From Macrostomum lignano (taxonomy: Eukaryota), in assembly GCA_002269645.1 (NCBI GenBank), contig NIVC01002317.1, positions 1 to 44,503 of the forward strand: a DNA stretch of 44,503 bases, written 5' to 3'. Below are positions 32,868 through 43,715 of this stretch, piece after piece. How positions within the stretch are numbered: position 1 is the stretch's first letter; every line of letters starts with the position of its first letter. The notes under the pieces were generated by a model. That model saw nothing but the letters and a program-made list of their open reading frames with translations. It did not search any database and was not told the DNA's origin. The position numbers and the translations under genes are program-made.

Positions 32868-34917
32868 ATGGACGGTTTTGATGACGCGGCCTCGGTGTCC
32901 AGCAACAGGGACAAGGAGGGCGACGACGGTGCGTCCGGCGGTCTGAAATTTGTCGGCATTCTGTTCTGCCAGGAGTGCAACAATATGCTGTATCCCAGGG
33001 AGGATAAGGCCAATAGGCAGTTGGTTTATTCGGTTAGTTATTTGTTACGACTACTACTAACAGTAGCAATTTAAGCTTAACCTAAACTGCTCTGAAACTT
33101 TATCGGGTTGACATGATGAGGCCATGGAGCATGGACATTGTTAGCGGCAGAGACATGGTGGACAGTAAATGCTTTGCCCTCCCGCCCCACACTGTAGCCC
33201 GTGATAGAATTTTGCATTAGGGCGCCAAATATATCACCTTCGGCGCTATAAGGTACCATAATAATGAGTGCCTGTCTGCGGCGCCAAAATTAGTGCCTTT
33301 AGCGCTAATATGAGTGCCTGCCTCTGGCGCCAAAATGAGTGCCTGCGGCGCCAAAATGAGTACCTGCCTGCGCCGCCAAAATAAGTGCCTGCCTGCGGCG
33401 CCAAAATGAGTGCCTGCGCCGCCAAAATGAGTGCCTGCGGCGCCAAAATGAGTGCCTGTGGCGCCAAAATGAGTGCCTGCGGCGCCACAATGAGTGCCTG
33501 CGGCGCCAAAATGAGTGCCTTTAGCGCTAAAATGAGTGCCTGCCTTTAGCGCTAAAATGAGTGCCTGCCTTCGGCGCCAAAATGAGTGCCTGCCTTCGGC
33601 GCCAAAATGAGTGCCTGCCTGCGGCGCCAAAATGAGTGCCTGCCTTCGGCGCCAAAATAAGTGCCTGCCTGCGGCGCCAAAATGAGTGCCTGCTTGCGGC
33701 GCCAAAATGAGTGCCTGCCTGCGGCGCCAAAATGAGTGCCTGCCTGCGGCGCCAAAATAAGTGCCTGCCTGCGGCGCCAAAATGAGTGCCTGCCTGCGGC
33801 GCCAAAATGAGTGCCTGCCTGCGGCGCCAAAATAAGTGCCTGCCTGCGGCGCCAAAATGAGTGCCTGCGGCGCCAAAATAAGTGCCTGCCTGCGGCGCCA
33901 AAATAAGTGCCTGCCTGCGGCGCCAAAATGAATGCCTGTAGCGCCAAAATGAGTGCCTCTGGCGCCAAAATGAGTGCCTGCCTGCGGCGCCAAAATAAGT
34001 GCCTGCCTGCGGCGCCAAAATGAATGCCTGTAGCGCCAAAATGAGTGCCTCTGGCGCCAAAATGAGTGCCTGCCTGCGGCGCCAAAATGAGTGCCTGCGG
34101 CGCCAAAATGAGTGCCTGCCTGCGGCGCCAAAATAAGTGCCTGCCTGCGGCGCCAAAATGAATGCCTGTAGCGCCAAAATGAGTGCCTCTGGCGCCAAAA
34201 TGAGTGCCTGCCTGCGGCGCCAAAATGAGTGCCTGCTTGCGGCGCCAAAATGAGTGCCTGCCTGCGGCGCCAAAATGAGTGCCTGCGGCGCCAAAATGAG
34301 TGCCTGTGGTGTCAAAATGAGTGCCTGCAGTGCCAAAATGAGTGCCTGTGGCGCCAAAATGAGTGCCTGTGGCGCCAAAATGAGTGCCTGTGGCGCCAAA
34401 ATGAGTGCCTGTGGCGCCAAAATGAGTGCCTGCGGCGCCACAATGATTGCCTGTCTGCGGCGCCAAAATGTATAATGTATAGGAAATTAGTCGTAGAATT
34501 CTTGGCTTTGTCCCCCATCATAAAATCCATGAGGACACCCTGTCATAGAGACATGTTCAGTTGTAATAAGCTGCATGTGCTTGCTTGTGTATTCAGCTGT
34601 TTTTTTAACTCATTTCTCCTTTCTCCATCTTCCCACTGCAGTGCCGCAACTGCGGCTACTCCCAGCCAGCATTGAACCCGTGTGTCTACGTCAACAAAGT
34701 TGAGCACGACGTCGACGAGCTGACCCAAATTGTGGCCGACGTTATTCACGACCCAACTCTGCCCAGGACCAACGAGCACCCCTGTCCCATGTGCCACCAC
34801 AAGGACGCTGTGTTCTTCCAGTCGCAGAGTAAACGGGCCGAGGAGGGCATGAAGCTCTATTATGTGTGCCGCAATGAGGGCTGCGCCTACAAGTGGACTG
34901 ATACGTCTGCTCAGTGA
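32868..34917 (+). CDS. POLR2I: RNA polymerase II subunit RPB9; exons 32868-33032 and 34642-34917 (146 aa)
   Basis: [20 protein letters not shown] | CRNCGY...[38 protein letters not shown]: two zinc ribbons. Phase-0 GT-AG intron. Confidence 0.96.
33218..34472. repeat. 20/24-bp intronic minisatellite GGCGCCAAAATGAGTGCCT(GCCT)GC in the RPB9 intron
   Basis: About 55 units; source of the APQALIL / HSFWRR ORFs. Confidence 0.96.
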
Positions 34918-35790
34918 ACTGCTGAGAACTGGGGTTTGCGGGATTTCCTACGTGTGAACTGGGATCTGCGAGATTTTCCTGTGTGTGAACTGGGGTCTGC
35001 GAGATTTTCCTGTGTGTGAACTGGGATCTGCGAGATTTTCCTGTGTGTGAACTGGGATCTGCGAGATTTTCCTGTGTGTGAACTGGGATCTGCGGGATTT
35101 TCCTGTGTGTGAACTGGGATCTGCGAGATTTTCCTGTGTGTGAACTGGGATCTGCGAGATTTTCCTGTGTGTGAACTGGGATCTGCGGGATTTTCCTGTG
35201 TGTGAACTGGGATCTGCGAGATTTTCCTGTGTGTGAACTGGGATCTGCGAGATTTTCCTGTGTGTGAACTGGGATCTGCGAGATTTTCCTGTGTGTGAAC
35301 TGGGGTCTGCGAGATTTTCCTGTGTGTGAACTGGGATCTGCGGGATTTTCCTGTGTGTGAACTGGGATCTGCGGGATTTTCCTGTGTGTGAACTGGGATC
35401 TGCGGGATTTTCCTGTGTGTGAACTGGGATCTGCGAGATTTTCCTGTGTGTGAACTGGGATCTGCGGGATTTTCCTGTGTGTGAACTGGGATCTGCGGGA
35501 TTTTCCTGTGTGTGAACTGGGATCTGCGGGATTTTCCTGTGTGTGTGAACTGGGATCTGCGAGATTTTCCTGTGTGTGAACTGGGATCTGCGAGATTTTC
35601 CTGTGTGTGAACTGGGATCTGCGGGATTTTCCTGTGTGTGAACTGGGATCTGCGAGATTTTCCTGTGTGTGAACTGGGGTCTGCGAGATTTTCCTGTGTG
35701 TCAACTTGGATCTGTGAACTCAAATCTGTGAACTTGGATCTGTGTGAACTGGGATCTGTGAACTTGGATCTGTGTGAACTGGGATCTGAA
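34914..35790. repeat. 31-bp minisatellite GTGTGAACTGGGATCTGCGAGATTTTCCTGT starting at the RPB9 stop codon
   Basis: About 24 units plus shortened 19-bp derivatives at the 3' end. Confidence 0.96.
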
Positions 35791-36159
35791 GGTCCGAAGG
35801 TCTAATACATGTGAAATAACATATTTGATTTTTATGGCTATATGAGATCTGCAGATCCCATTATGTGGACTTGTGCTTTGGTAGTTATTTTGGGTTGCCT
35901 TAAATTTTTTCATTATTGAACTGACAGCAGCCATTGTAGCTGATTTGAATGTTTGCATTTTTTGTATTGCCGGTTGTTATTACTCCGATTCTGAGTTCAT
36001 TGGCAACAAAACAATGAATTCATTGTAGTTAATAACCCTAAATGTGCTTATCTGTTCTACTAATTGAAACCTAAATTAAATTTTCCTTGTAAACATAATC
36101 AATTTGTAATTTCGAAACTTTTAAGTTCGTAATTTATTTACTTCAAATCTAAATTGATT

Positions 36160-37305
36160 GGTCTGTACTCTAGAATGGCAGGGTCTGTACACTAGAATGA
36201 TAGGGACTGCACACTAGAATGATAAGGACTGTACACTAGAATGGCAGGGACTGTACACTAGAGTGATAGGGACTGCACACTAGAATGGCAGGGTCTGTAC
36301 ACTAGAGTGATAGAGACTGCACACTAGAATGGCAGGGTCTGTACACTAGAGTGATAGGGACTGCACACTAGAATGGCAGGGTCTGTACAATAGAATGATA
36401 GGGTCTGTATACACTAGAACGATAGGGTCTGTACACTAGAATGGTATGGTCTGTACACTAGAACGATAGGGGCTGCACACTAGAATGATAGGGACTGCAC
36501 ACTAGAATGGCAGGGTCTGTACACTACAATGGTATGGTTTGTACACTAGAACGATAGGGGCTGTACACTAGAATGGTATGGTCTGTACACTAGAATGGCA
36601 GGGTCTGTACACTAGAATGGTATGGTCTGTACACTAGAACGATAGGGGCTGCACACTAGAATGATAGGGACTGCACACTAGAACGATAGGGGCTGCACAC
36701 TAGAATGATAGGGACTGCACACTAGAATGGCAGGGTCTGTACACTAGAATGGTATGGTCTGTACACTAGAACGATAGGGTCTGTACACTAGAATGGTATG
36801 GTCTGTACACTAGAATGATAGGGTCTGTACACTAGAATGATAGGGACTGTACACTAGAATGATAGGGTCTGTACACTAGAGTGATAGGGACTGTACACTA
36901 GAATGGTAGGGACTGTACACTAGAATAATAGGGACTGTACACTAGAATAATAGGGACTGTACACTAGAATAATAGGGACTGTACACTAGAATAATAGGGA
37001 CTGTACACTAGAATAATAGGGACTGTACACTAGAATGATAGGGAATGTACACTAGAATGGTAGGGACTGCAGTACACTAGAATGGTAGGGACTGTACACT
37101 AGAATGATAGGGTCTGTACACAATAGTGATAGGGACTGTACACTATAATGGTAGGAACTGTACACTAGAATAATAGGGACTGTACACTAGAATAATAAGG
37201 ACTGTACACTAGAATAATAAGGACTGTACACTAGAATAATAGGGACTGTACACTAGAATGATTGGGACTATACACTCGAATAATAGGACTGTACACTAGA
37301 ATGAA
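36160..37305. repeat. 22-bp minisatellite CTGTACACTAGAATGATAGGG(A/T) ending just before the DPM3 acceptor
   Basis: About 52 units. Confidence 0.96.
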
Positions 37306-37357
37306 TGGGTATAAGTGCACTTGTACTCAGATTCGTGAATCTCTTCATGACGCCCCG

Positions 37358-37672
37358 ATGGCCCTAACCAAACTGATGCAGTGGCTGCTGGGTGGCGGCT
37401 GTTTCATCGCCCTTTGGCTGGCTCTGATGCACGACCTGATCCCTGTAGAGCTGACCCCCATGGGCCGTCACGTGACTAACTGGCTGCCGCTGTACGCAGG
37501 CGGACTGTTCGGGCTGGCCTCAGCTCTGACCATCGTGTATCGAGTGCTGATGTTCAACGACTGTCCAGAGGCGCACTCGGAACTGGTCAGAGAGATTGAC
37601 GAGGCGAAAGCTGACTTGGCTAAACGGGGATTCAAATTTGTCGATCCCAAAGGGGATAAGAAAACTAGTTAG
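37358..37672 (+). CDS. DPM3: Dolichol-phosphate mannosyltransferase subunit 3 (104 aa, single coding exon)
   Basis: MALTKLMQWL, two hydrophobic helices, and YRVLMFNDCPEAHSELVREIDEAKADLAKRGFKF match the DPM3 signature. True start taken at ATG 37358, after acceptor TTGTACTCAG (AG 37329-37330); the upstream in-frame part of ORF 37262 is repeat-derived. Confidence 0.95.
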   Translation: MALTKLMQWLLGGGCFIALWLALMHDLIPVELTPMGRHVTNWLPLYAGGLFGLASALTIVYRVLMFNDCPEAHSELVREIDEAKADLAKRGFKFVDPKGDKKTS

Positions 37673-39291
37673 TTTGTATGTATAGTAAAAGCGCAGAATT
37701 TTTCTGGCAATGTGCATTGTGTCCTACTGCAAGTAGCTGCATATAGTCTGTTTCAGCTATCTGTTAGATAAAATCGATACTCTGTGTATACCTAATGGTG
37801 TTTGTTGGAAACCGGTTTTCACTTTATTTACGCTCGTGGGTTTGTTTCCGTTTTTTTAGTTATATGTGATTTTAATTGGAACAAAGTACATTATATTGAT
37901 AATCTGTTAACTGTTGACGCCATTTGCTTTGTTAAAATAAGCAACGCTGTTTAAATATTGAATTCAAATTTCAGCATTTAAATCGAGTGTGGTTTGTGTC
38001 AGCCTACACAGATACACTAGAATAACTAGATGGGCCACTCAGGCATAAATACTTAGCAAAACAGCTTTCTACTTTCAGTTCAGTAGCAATAAAGAATACA
38101 TAAGCTATTATATAATAATAAAGGCAGCTGAGATGACTTGCAGGCGTAAACAGCTTGCTAATTGGTTTAGTCATAATGTACATCTAGCCACTGAAATGTG
38201 CATGGCAGATTTAGGCTGGAACAAGCGAGGAAGGCAATAAAAATTGGGTGGTGGGGCAGGCCAGGGCTAGAGGTTCTGTTGTGGAGTTGGAGGGTTTAAG
38301 CTCGGGGGTCAAGAACCTTATAAATAAGCCTTGTCTTTAAAAATACATTAAAATGCTTCTGTTTAACTTACTACTGAACTGCAAGTAGGCTGCACGCAAA
38401 TGTGCTGAGTGGCCATCTAGTTATTCTAGTATCTGTGGTCTGGACTGTAGCACCCAATTCCTAAAAAATGTCTATCTGTCTGTCGATCTAGATTAAATGA
38501 CAAATTCTGCGATGCGCAAATTAGCCGAAATGATTAAATATATATTTATTATCCAGTAACAAATATATTAAAAACAGGTGTAATAAACTTTTGTTTTCTT
38601 TAATTACGCGTTACGCGTTAAGGTTATTGCCAGAAGTTTCTTTGTCTCAAAAAATCTATAGTTTAACAAAAACTGTTGATCAATAGCTGCAAGTCGTTTG
38701 CACGTGTCCTTTCGAGTTTCTTCCGTTCCGTGTCGGTTCAAATATTCAGCTGACTTTTTATACATGTAGCCAAAATTTAAAGCAAGTTTTTCTCTTTGGA
38801 CAGGGTAACACGCTTGATGCTCGTCACGAAACGATTTGCATATCTTCGAGAGAATTTAGTAGTAGCAATTATTTGCAACAGATCCTGTCTGTTGGGCATC
38901 GGCCCATGGAACACTAAAAGGGCGCTAAATTCCCATCTCACCTTCAAATGCAAGTGTTTCCTTCAAGGTGCACTCGCCAGTTTTTATCCAGCTATTTTTA
39001 CATGAATTACTACCGGAAACAGGCAAGCAAACTTTGTGTGTTTTCTCTGGACGGAATCTCTACAAAAATTTCTATTGGTGAAACCGAATTCAGCGCTGTG
39101 CAAAAAAGGAAACAATGATGTTTTGAACTTTGCCGTGCTTTTACCTCACACAAATTTGTTAGTGCACCTTGAATGAAATGCATGATTGCTTTATTTTATA
39201 TTGTCAATTTAGTGCTTGAAATTCCGAAAACTTTCTATCTAGCTGATATACATGTACTCGTATATCATTAGGGCTGATATGCCCTAATGAG

Positions 39292-39530
39292 CAGATGTGC
39301 AACCGACAGCTCAGCCGCAGCTATTGCGCGCCCCAAGGACTGGGGGGTCGCCACACACAGCCTCAATTTCCCCAGCTAATGCTGGCACCCATTTTACAGC
39401 TGGGTGAACTGAAGCAATGTACAGAGTTAAGTGTCTTGCTCAAGGACACAAATTGTTCCGAGTGGGTCGAGAATCGAACTCCCGACCTTTCGCTCGTGAG
39501 TCCGACGGCTCAAACCACTGAGCTACAACC
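39292..39530 (-). mobile_element. tRNA-derived CORE-like SINE, copy 2 (short internal deletion in the 3' part)
   Basis: Best-preserved tRNA head on the minus strand: GTAGCTCAGTGG ... GAGTTCGATTC; same body as copy 1. Confidence 0.85.
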
Positions 39531-40557
39531 CCCTCTAGGCTAATAGCCATTAAATTCCCTCGCCTCTAGCGAATGCAAATAACTAATGTGCATGAAAATG
39601 GAATGCAGTAAAACATTTTTGGATTAATTGTTGCATTTGTAAACTATCCTGCATGGGCATTTAGTTACATTTTTATAGATTAAAAAAAGTAGAAAAAGTG
39701 CGTGCATATAATGAAACTACTAGCTATGACTATCTAATCCTACAACTCTAGACGCTTTTCTTAATCCATTTTAACAAAAAAGCATTTATAATAAATATTT
39801 GCCGAGAGAGCTGCGTTTAGATGTATACAGTGTAATAGAGGCGATACAGACTTGGAGACAAGATACACCATGCAGATCGGTAGGATGGATTTTCAGATAT
39901 GAATACACCAGAGCGATAGTTGAAACCTTAGACATATGCTGACAGTAACAGGAGTGCTTTCAGACTCGTAGTGTGATCGATATCAACGGGTCTACGAACC
40001 TACGAACTTGCCACCCAGCAACAATTTATTGGCATCAATGTACTAGCAAACTTTCTTGACTGGCAAAGTTCGTGCTCTCGGTTATGCAGACATCCACCAA
40101 TCTGCTAGTATAGCTTATACACTTCGATCCTATTGTTTCTACACCAGCTACTAATGCTCTCTACATTGTTCGTGATGTACATTTGCTCTTTCTGTAGGAC
40201 AAATATTTCTATACTGAAATGAACCCTGGCGCTCAAGCAAATATCAATAAAGTTGATAGTTGGTAGTTTAGTTTATAGACTCAGCCAATGTAATTGATCA
40301 GTGATGGACTGTCTCAAGAGGTTGGAGGTGGTTTGGGGCCACAGACATTTCTCAGGTGAGCAATCCCCATGATATTCCTTCAATTCCATGCCGAAGAGCC
40401 CGCGGTTAGGGCCATAGACACTAGCTTGAGAGCAGCAGAAGCTACAGTCTATGGTCATAACCCCGCGGGATTACGAGTGGCCCATCTACAACTATCTGAG
40501 ACAGACAAACAGTAGATTCTCGGGCAGGATCAGTAAAGTCATAGAGCGGAGAATCTC

Positions 40558-43500
40558 TCATAGCTCACAGGCAGGTAGGCCAGTGATCAGTACTTTCTCG
40601 ATCATTGCTTCACCCGCTGGCCCCAACCTGTTTCTTCTGTCGCAGCGCATCCGGATGGCCATAATCTCGTTGAATATTGGCATCGCTATGATGAAAATCG
40701 CGCCGGCGAAGGCCCAGACGTCCACCAGGGTGATCCAGCTGGCGAAGCCGGTCAAGTTCAGCTTGGGAACGGCCAGCATGCCCAGGGGCCAGACCAGGAT
40801 GAGGATGACGGTGAGGCTGACCGCTCCAAAATTAGCTATGTATTTGGCCCAGCGAAAGGCTTTCTCGGTGGCTTCCAGGCTGGGCCGATTGTCCAAGCAG
40901 TGCGCTCCGCTGAGGTTCATCTCCCTTTGATTGTTGTTTGGGGGTTGAGCTTGTTGATGCTTATTTGCAACAGATAATAATAATAATAAATAATTGATTA
41001 CACTTGCCCTATAAATGTGCAGATGTGCAACCGACAGCTCAGCCGCAGCTATTGCGCGGCGCATTTGAAGGCTGCGTACGGCTGTTCAGTCCAAGGACTG
41101 GGGGGTCGCCACACACAGCCTCAATTACCCCAGCTAATGCTGGCACCCATTTTACAGCTGGGTGAACTGAAGCAATGCAGAGTTAAGTGTCCTGCTCAAG
41201 GACACAAATTGTTCCGAGTGGGATAGGGAATCGAACCTCCGACCTTGAAGTCGTGCGCTATAGCACGATCCATGGACTAGCTAACTAAAGTAGAAGGACG
41301 CGATCGTAGAAAGCTTGCTGCTGCCACACGTTCCTTATACTTTTATTGCTCAAAGTAAATTTATGTCTTCCGAGTCAAGTTTAAAATATAAAGATCGTCA
41401 ATACAGGCAATTTTTTAAGTAACTTAACTTCGCAAGCGAACGTTATGCAAGAATTCCCAGGTAGACTTTAATTTGCTGAGCATCAGGCGAAAGACAGCTA
41501 GTCCGACCACTAAATCGGCCGTGTGTCCAGATAAAATGCTAAATTTAGCCTTACTATAAATGCACGTATGCCTAAAATATATTAAAGTTTCAATGCTACT
41601 TTTGATTCAGGCAGGTCGCGCAACAGCTGAACTCGAAAGGGAAGTTGGTCGTGTTGAATTTTTATTTACTCAATGACGCCAGTCAATTTGAAAGTAGTAG
41701 GGAGCCTGCCATACTGCAGCTTCAGTTTGAACTTGAACTGTAACTGCCCAATGCCATGCATCTTAAAGGATGGGAACGGTTTAACGCACACAATAGCAGA
41801 CGAACCCGCTCAATCAATCTTCGTGGGAAACACAACAGATGCTTTTAAATAAAAATAACTCTCGTAGAACTTTGAATATGCGAGCTGAAATTGAATCCTG
41901 CGATTTCAATCTATCTACACGCATTAATTTCATTACATCCAGTCTTACAATATCGCAAACTATAAATATTTCTTGCGACTCTTAAATGCTAATAATTTTT
42001 TTAAATAATTGGTTAATTGTTTACTTTCTTAGGTAAATTTGTAAAACTTTATTTGCAACTATGACTATAGAAAGGATTACAAACCAATGCTTGGGTGGTT
42101 TCCTCACGAGTCTAATTAGACCGTTATCTCATTAACTATAAATGTAGCCGTTTGCTATAGAGCTGCAGCTTCGGACAGAAACTGTATGCAAGCATCGAAT
42201 TTCAACTGCTCACCCATGCCCGATGGCATTCATCATCGGTGTATCAGTTTGATTTTTCTTGACAAACTCCTCCTCTACTAGCGCGCAATTAACCTTCATA
42301 GAGACTAACTAGATGAATGGCTCGACCGAAATAGCCCAGCTATACTAAAATGACATTGAAGCCGCAAAATGAAACCCGCCAAGATGCAAAAAGTCGCTAC
42401 ATCCTTAGTAACTAGAATGTTCCGTTCTTTGGTGCCAATGCGGCTAGCATGACTTTTGAAACATCCGTGTGGACCGAAATACATGATACTTGAGCTGGCT
42501 TTTCACATGGCTACAGCTTTGAGCTTTGACGTCAGGTTAATCTGGCCTTGAAATACCACGAATGATTCGAAGGGAGACATTATATTCGTCTGGAAAAAGT
42601 TACTCCACTGTTAATCATGAAATGATTGATAGGCGCCCACAGGTGATCCCAGAGACGGATCTCCTTTGATAAAAAATTCAAATACTAACGAATTTTTCTT
42701 TGTAAATTGTCGCTTCTTCTATCGTTGGAAAGGTCACATCGTTGACTGTTGAACAGGATATCATTGACTTTCACTAGCGACACACAAGGGACTAACGCTC
42801 CATTCCGCTTCCACTATCGGACTAACGTTGGCACCAACTTTCGAGCTTGTAAATCAGAGATTGGCCCGTGCGAAGCCTCTCTATCCGGCCTTCGGGCTCA
42901 AAGTTTGTGTCTCTTCTCAGCTACCTTCTCTCTAATCTCCTCTCCTCTCCCTTCTCCTCTCCCCTCTTCAATTTTATCCCTCCTCTCGTCTTCTTTCTTC
43001 TCCTTTGTTCCCTCACCTCCTTTCTCCCGCCTCTGGCCTATACAGTCAGTCATTGTTGCAAATGATTTTGCCCATTCAACGATGCGAAGTCTGAGCTTGT
43101 ATTGAAAGCCAAAGCTGTCTACGGCATTAGTTGCAGTGGCCATTGCATGCATTTACAGCTGGAACTCACTTGGCGTACAGCTCGGACCACGGGTGCAGCG
43201 GATTGTCAATGTCTCGAGTTGTCTCCCAGACTTCGGCCGCTTTCTCCGGTTGAAAATCCCGATTAGTTACCATGGTAACAACCACTGTGACTATGAGGCC
43301 GAGTCCCATAGACACGAGATTGCCAGCTAGCATGGCCTCGTTCGAGCCCGTGCTCTTCATGAACTGCCCCAGGCCGCCCTCCATGAACGCAGCCGTGGTG
43401 AGCCAGGCGACGAGGCCCAGCACCGTGCCCGACACCGAGCCAGCGACCATGGCTTTGCCAGTCAGCCTGGCCCAGCACATGCTCAGGCAGATCGGCGCCA

Positions 43501-43715
43501 CGGCCGAGCCAATTAGCACGCCCATGAACAGGTACAGCCAGCCTAGCGAGATCTGCATGAAGTTCAGAACGAAAGTCATGGGTATGATGGCCAGCGTGGT
43601 CCACACAATGCACCAGTCCTTCATGGCGCTCAGGTAGTCTTTGTAGCTTCGATAGGCGCCGTGAGTTTTGCACTTGTAGGCCGGCTTCAAGGCTCGCTTA
43701 TTGTTGGCGATGGCT
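40558..43715 (-). CDS. DUR3: DUR3-type active urea transporter (sodium:solute symporter superfamily), 3' portion; exons 43715-43170 and 40924-40558; 5' exons lie outside the window or are unrecognised
   Basis: ISLGWLYLFMGVLIGSAVAPI, MLAGNLVSM, WETTRDIDNPLHPWSELY and the C-terminal LTVILILVWP..W..V..WAFAGAIFIIAMPIFNE match the plant/fungal/invertebrate DUR3 C-terminal half. Phase-2 GT-AG intron joins AA|G (Lys). Confidence 0.88.
41019..41258 (-). mobile_element. tRNA-derived CORE-like SINE, copy 3 (5'-truncated head), in the DUR3 intron
   Basis: GGTTCGATTCC B box, CORE-like body; followed on the minus strand by an (ATT)n-like tail at ~40975-40995. Confidence 0.85.
42905..43035. repeat. CT-rich low-complexity tract in the DUR3 intron
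   Basis: Direct reading. Confidence 0.8.

Noticed and set aside
33217-35723. ORFs of 270-343 aa ([18 protein letters not shown])
   Set aside because: They derive from the 20/24-bp and 31-bp arrays in the RPB9 intron and 3' region; no non-repetitive content.
37262-37357. 32-aa N-terminal extension of DPM3 in the ORF track
   Set aside because: Starts at TTG inside the 22-bp minisatellite and crosses a splice acceptor; homology begins at ATG 37358.
39470-39530. Possible tRNA gene on the minus strand
   Set aside because: It has A/B boxes but no complete cloverleaf acceptor stem, and it continues into the SINE body shared by three copies; it is a SINE head.
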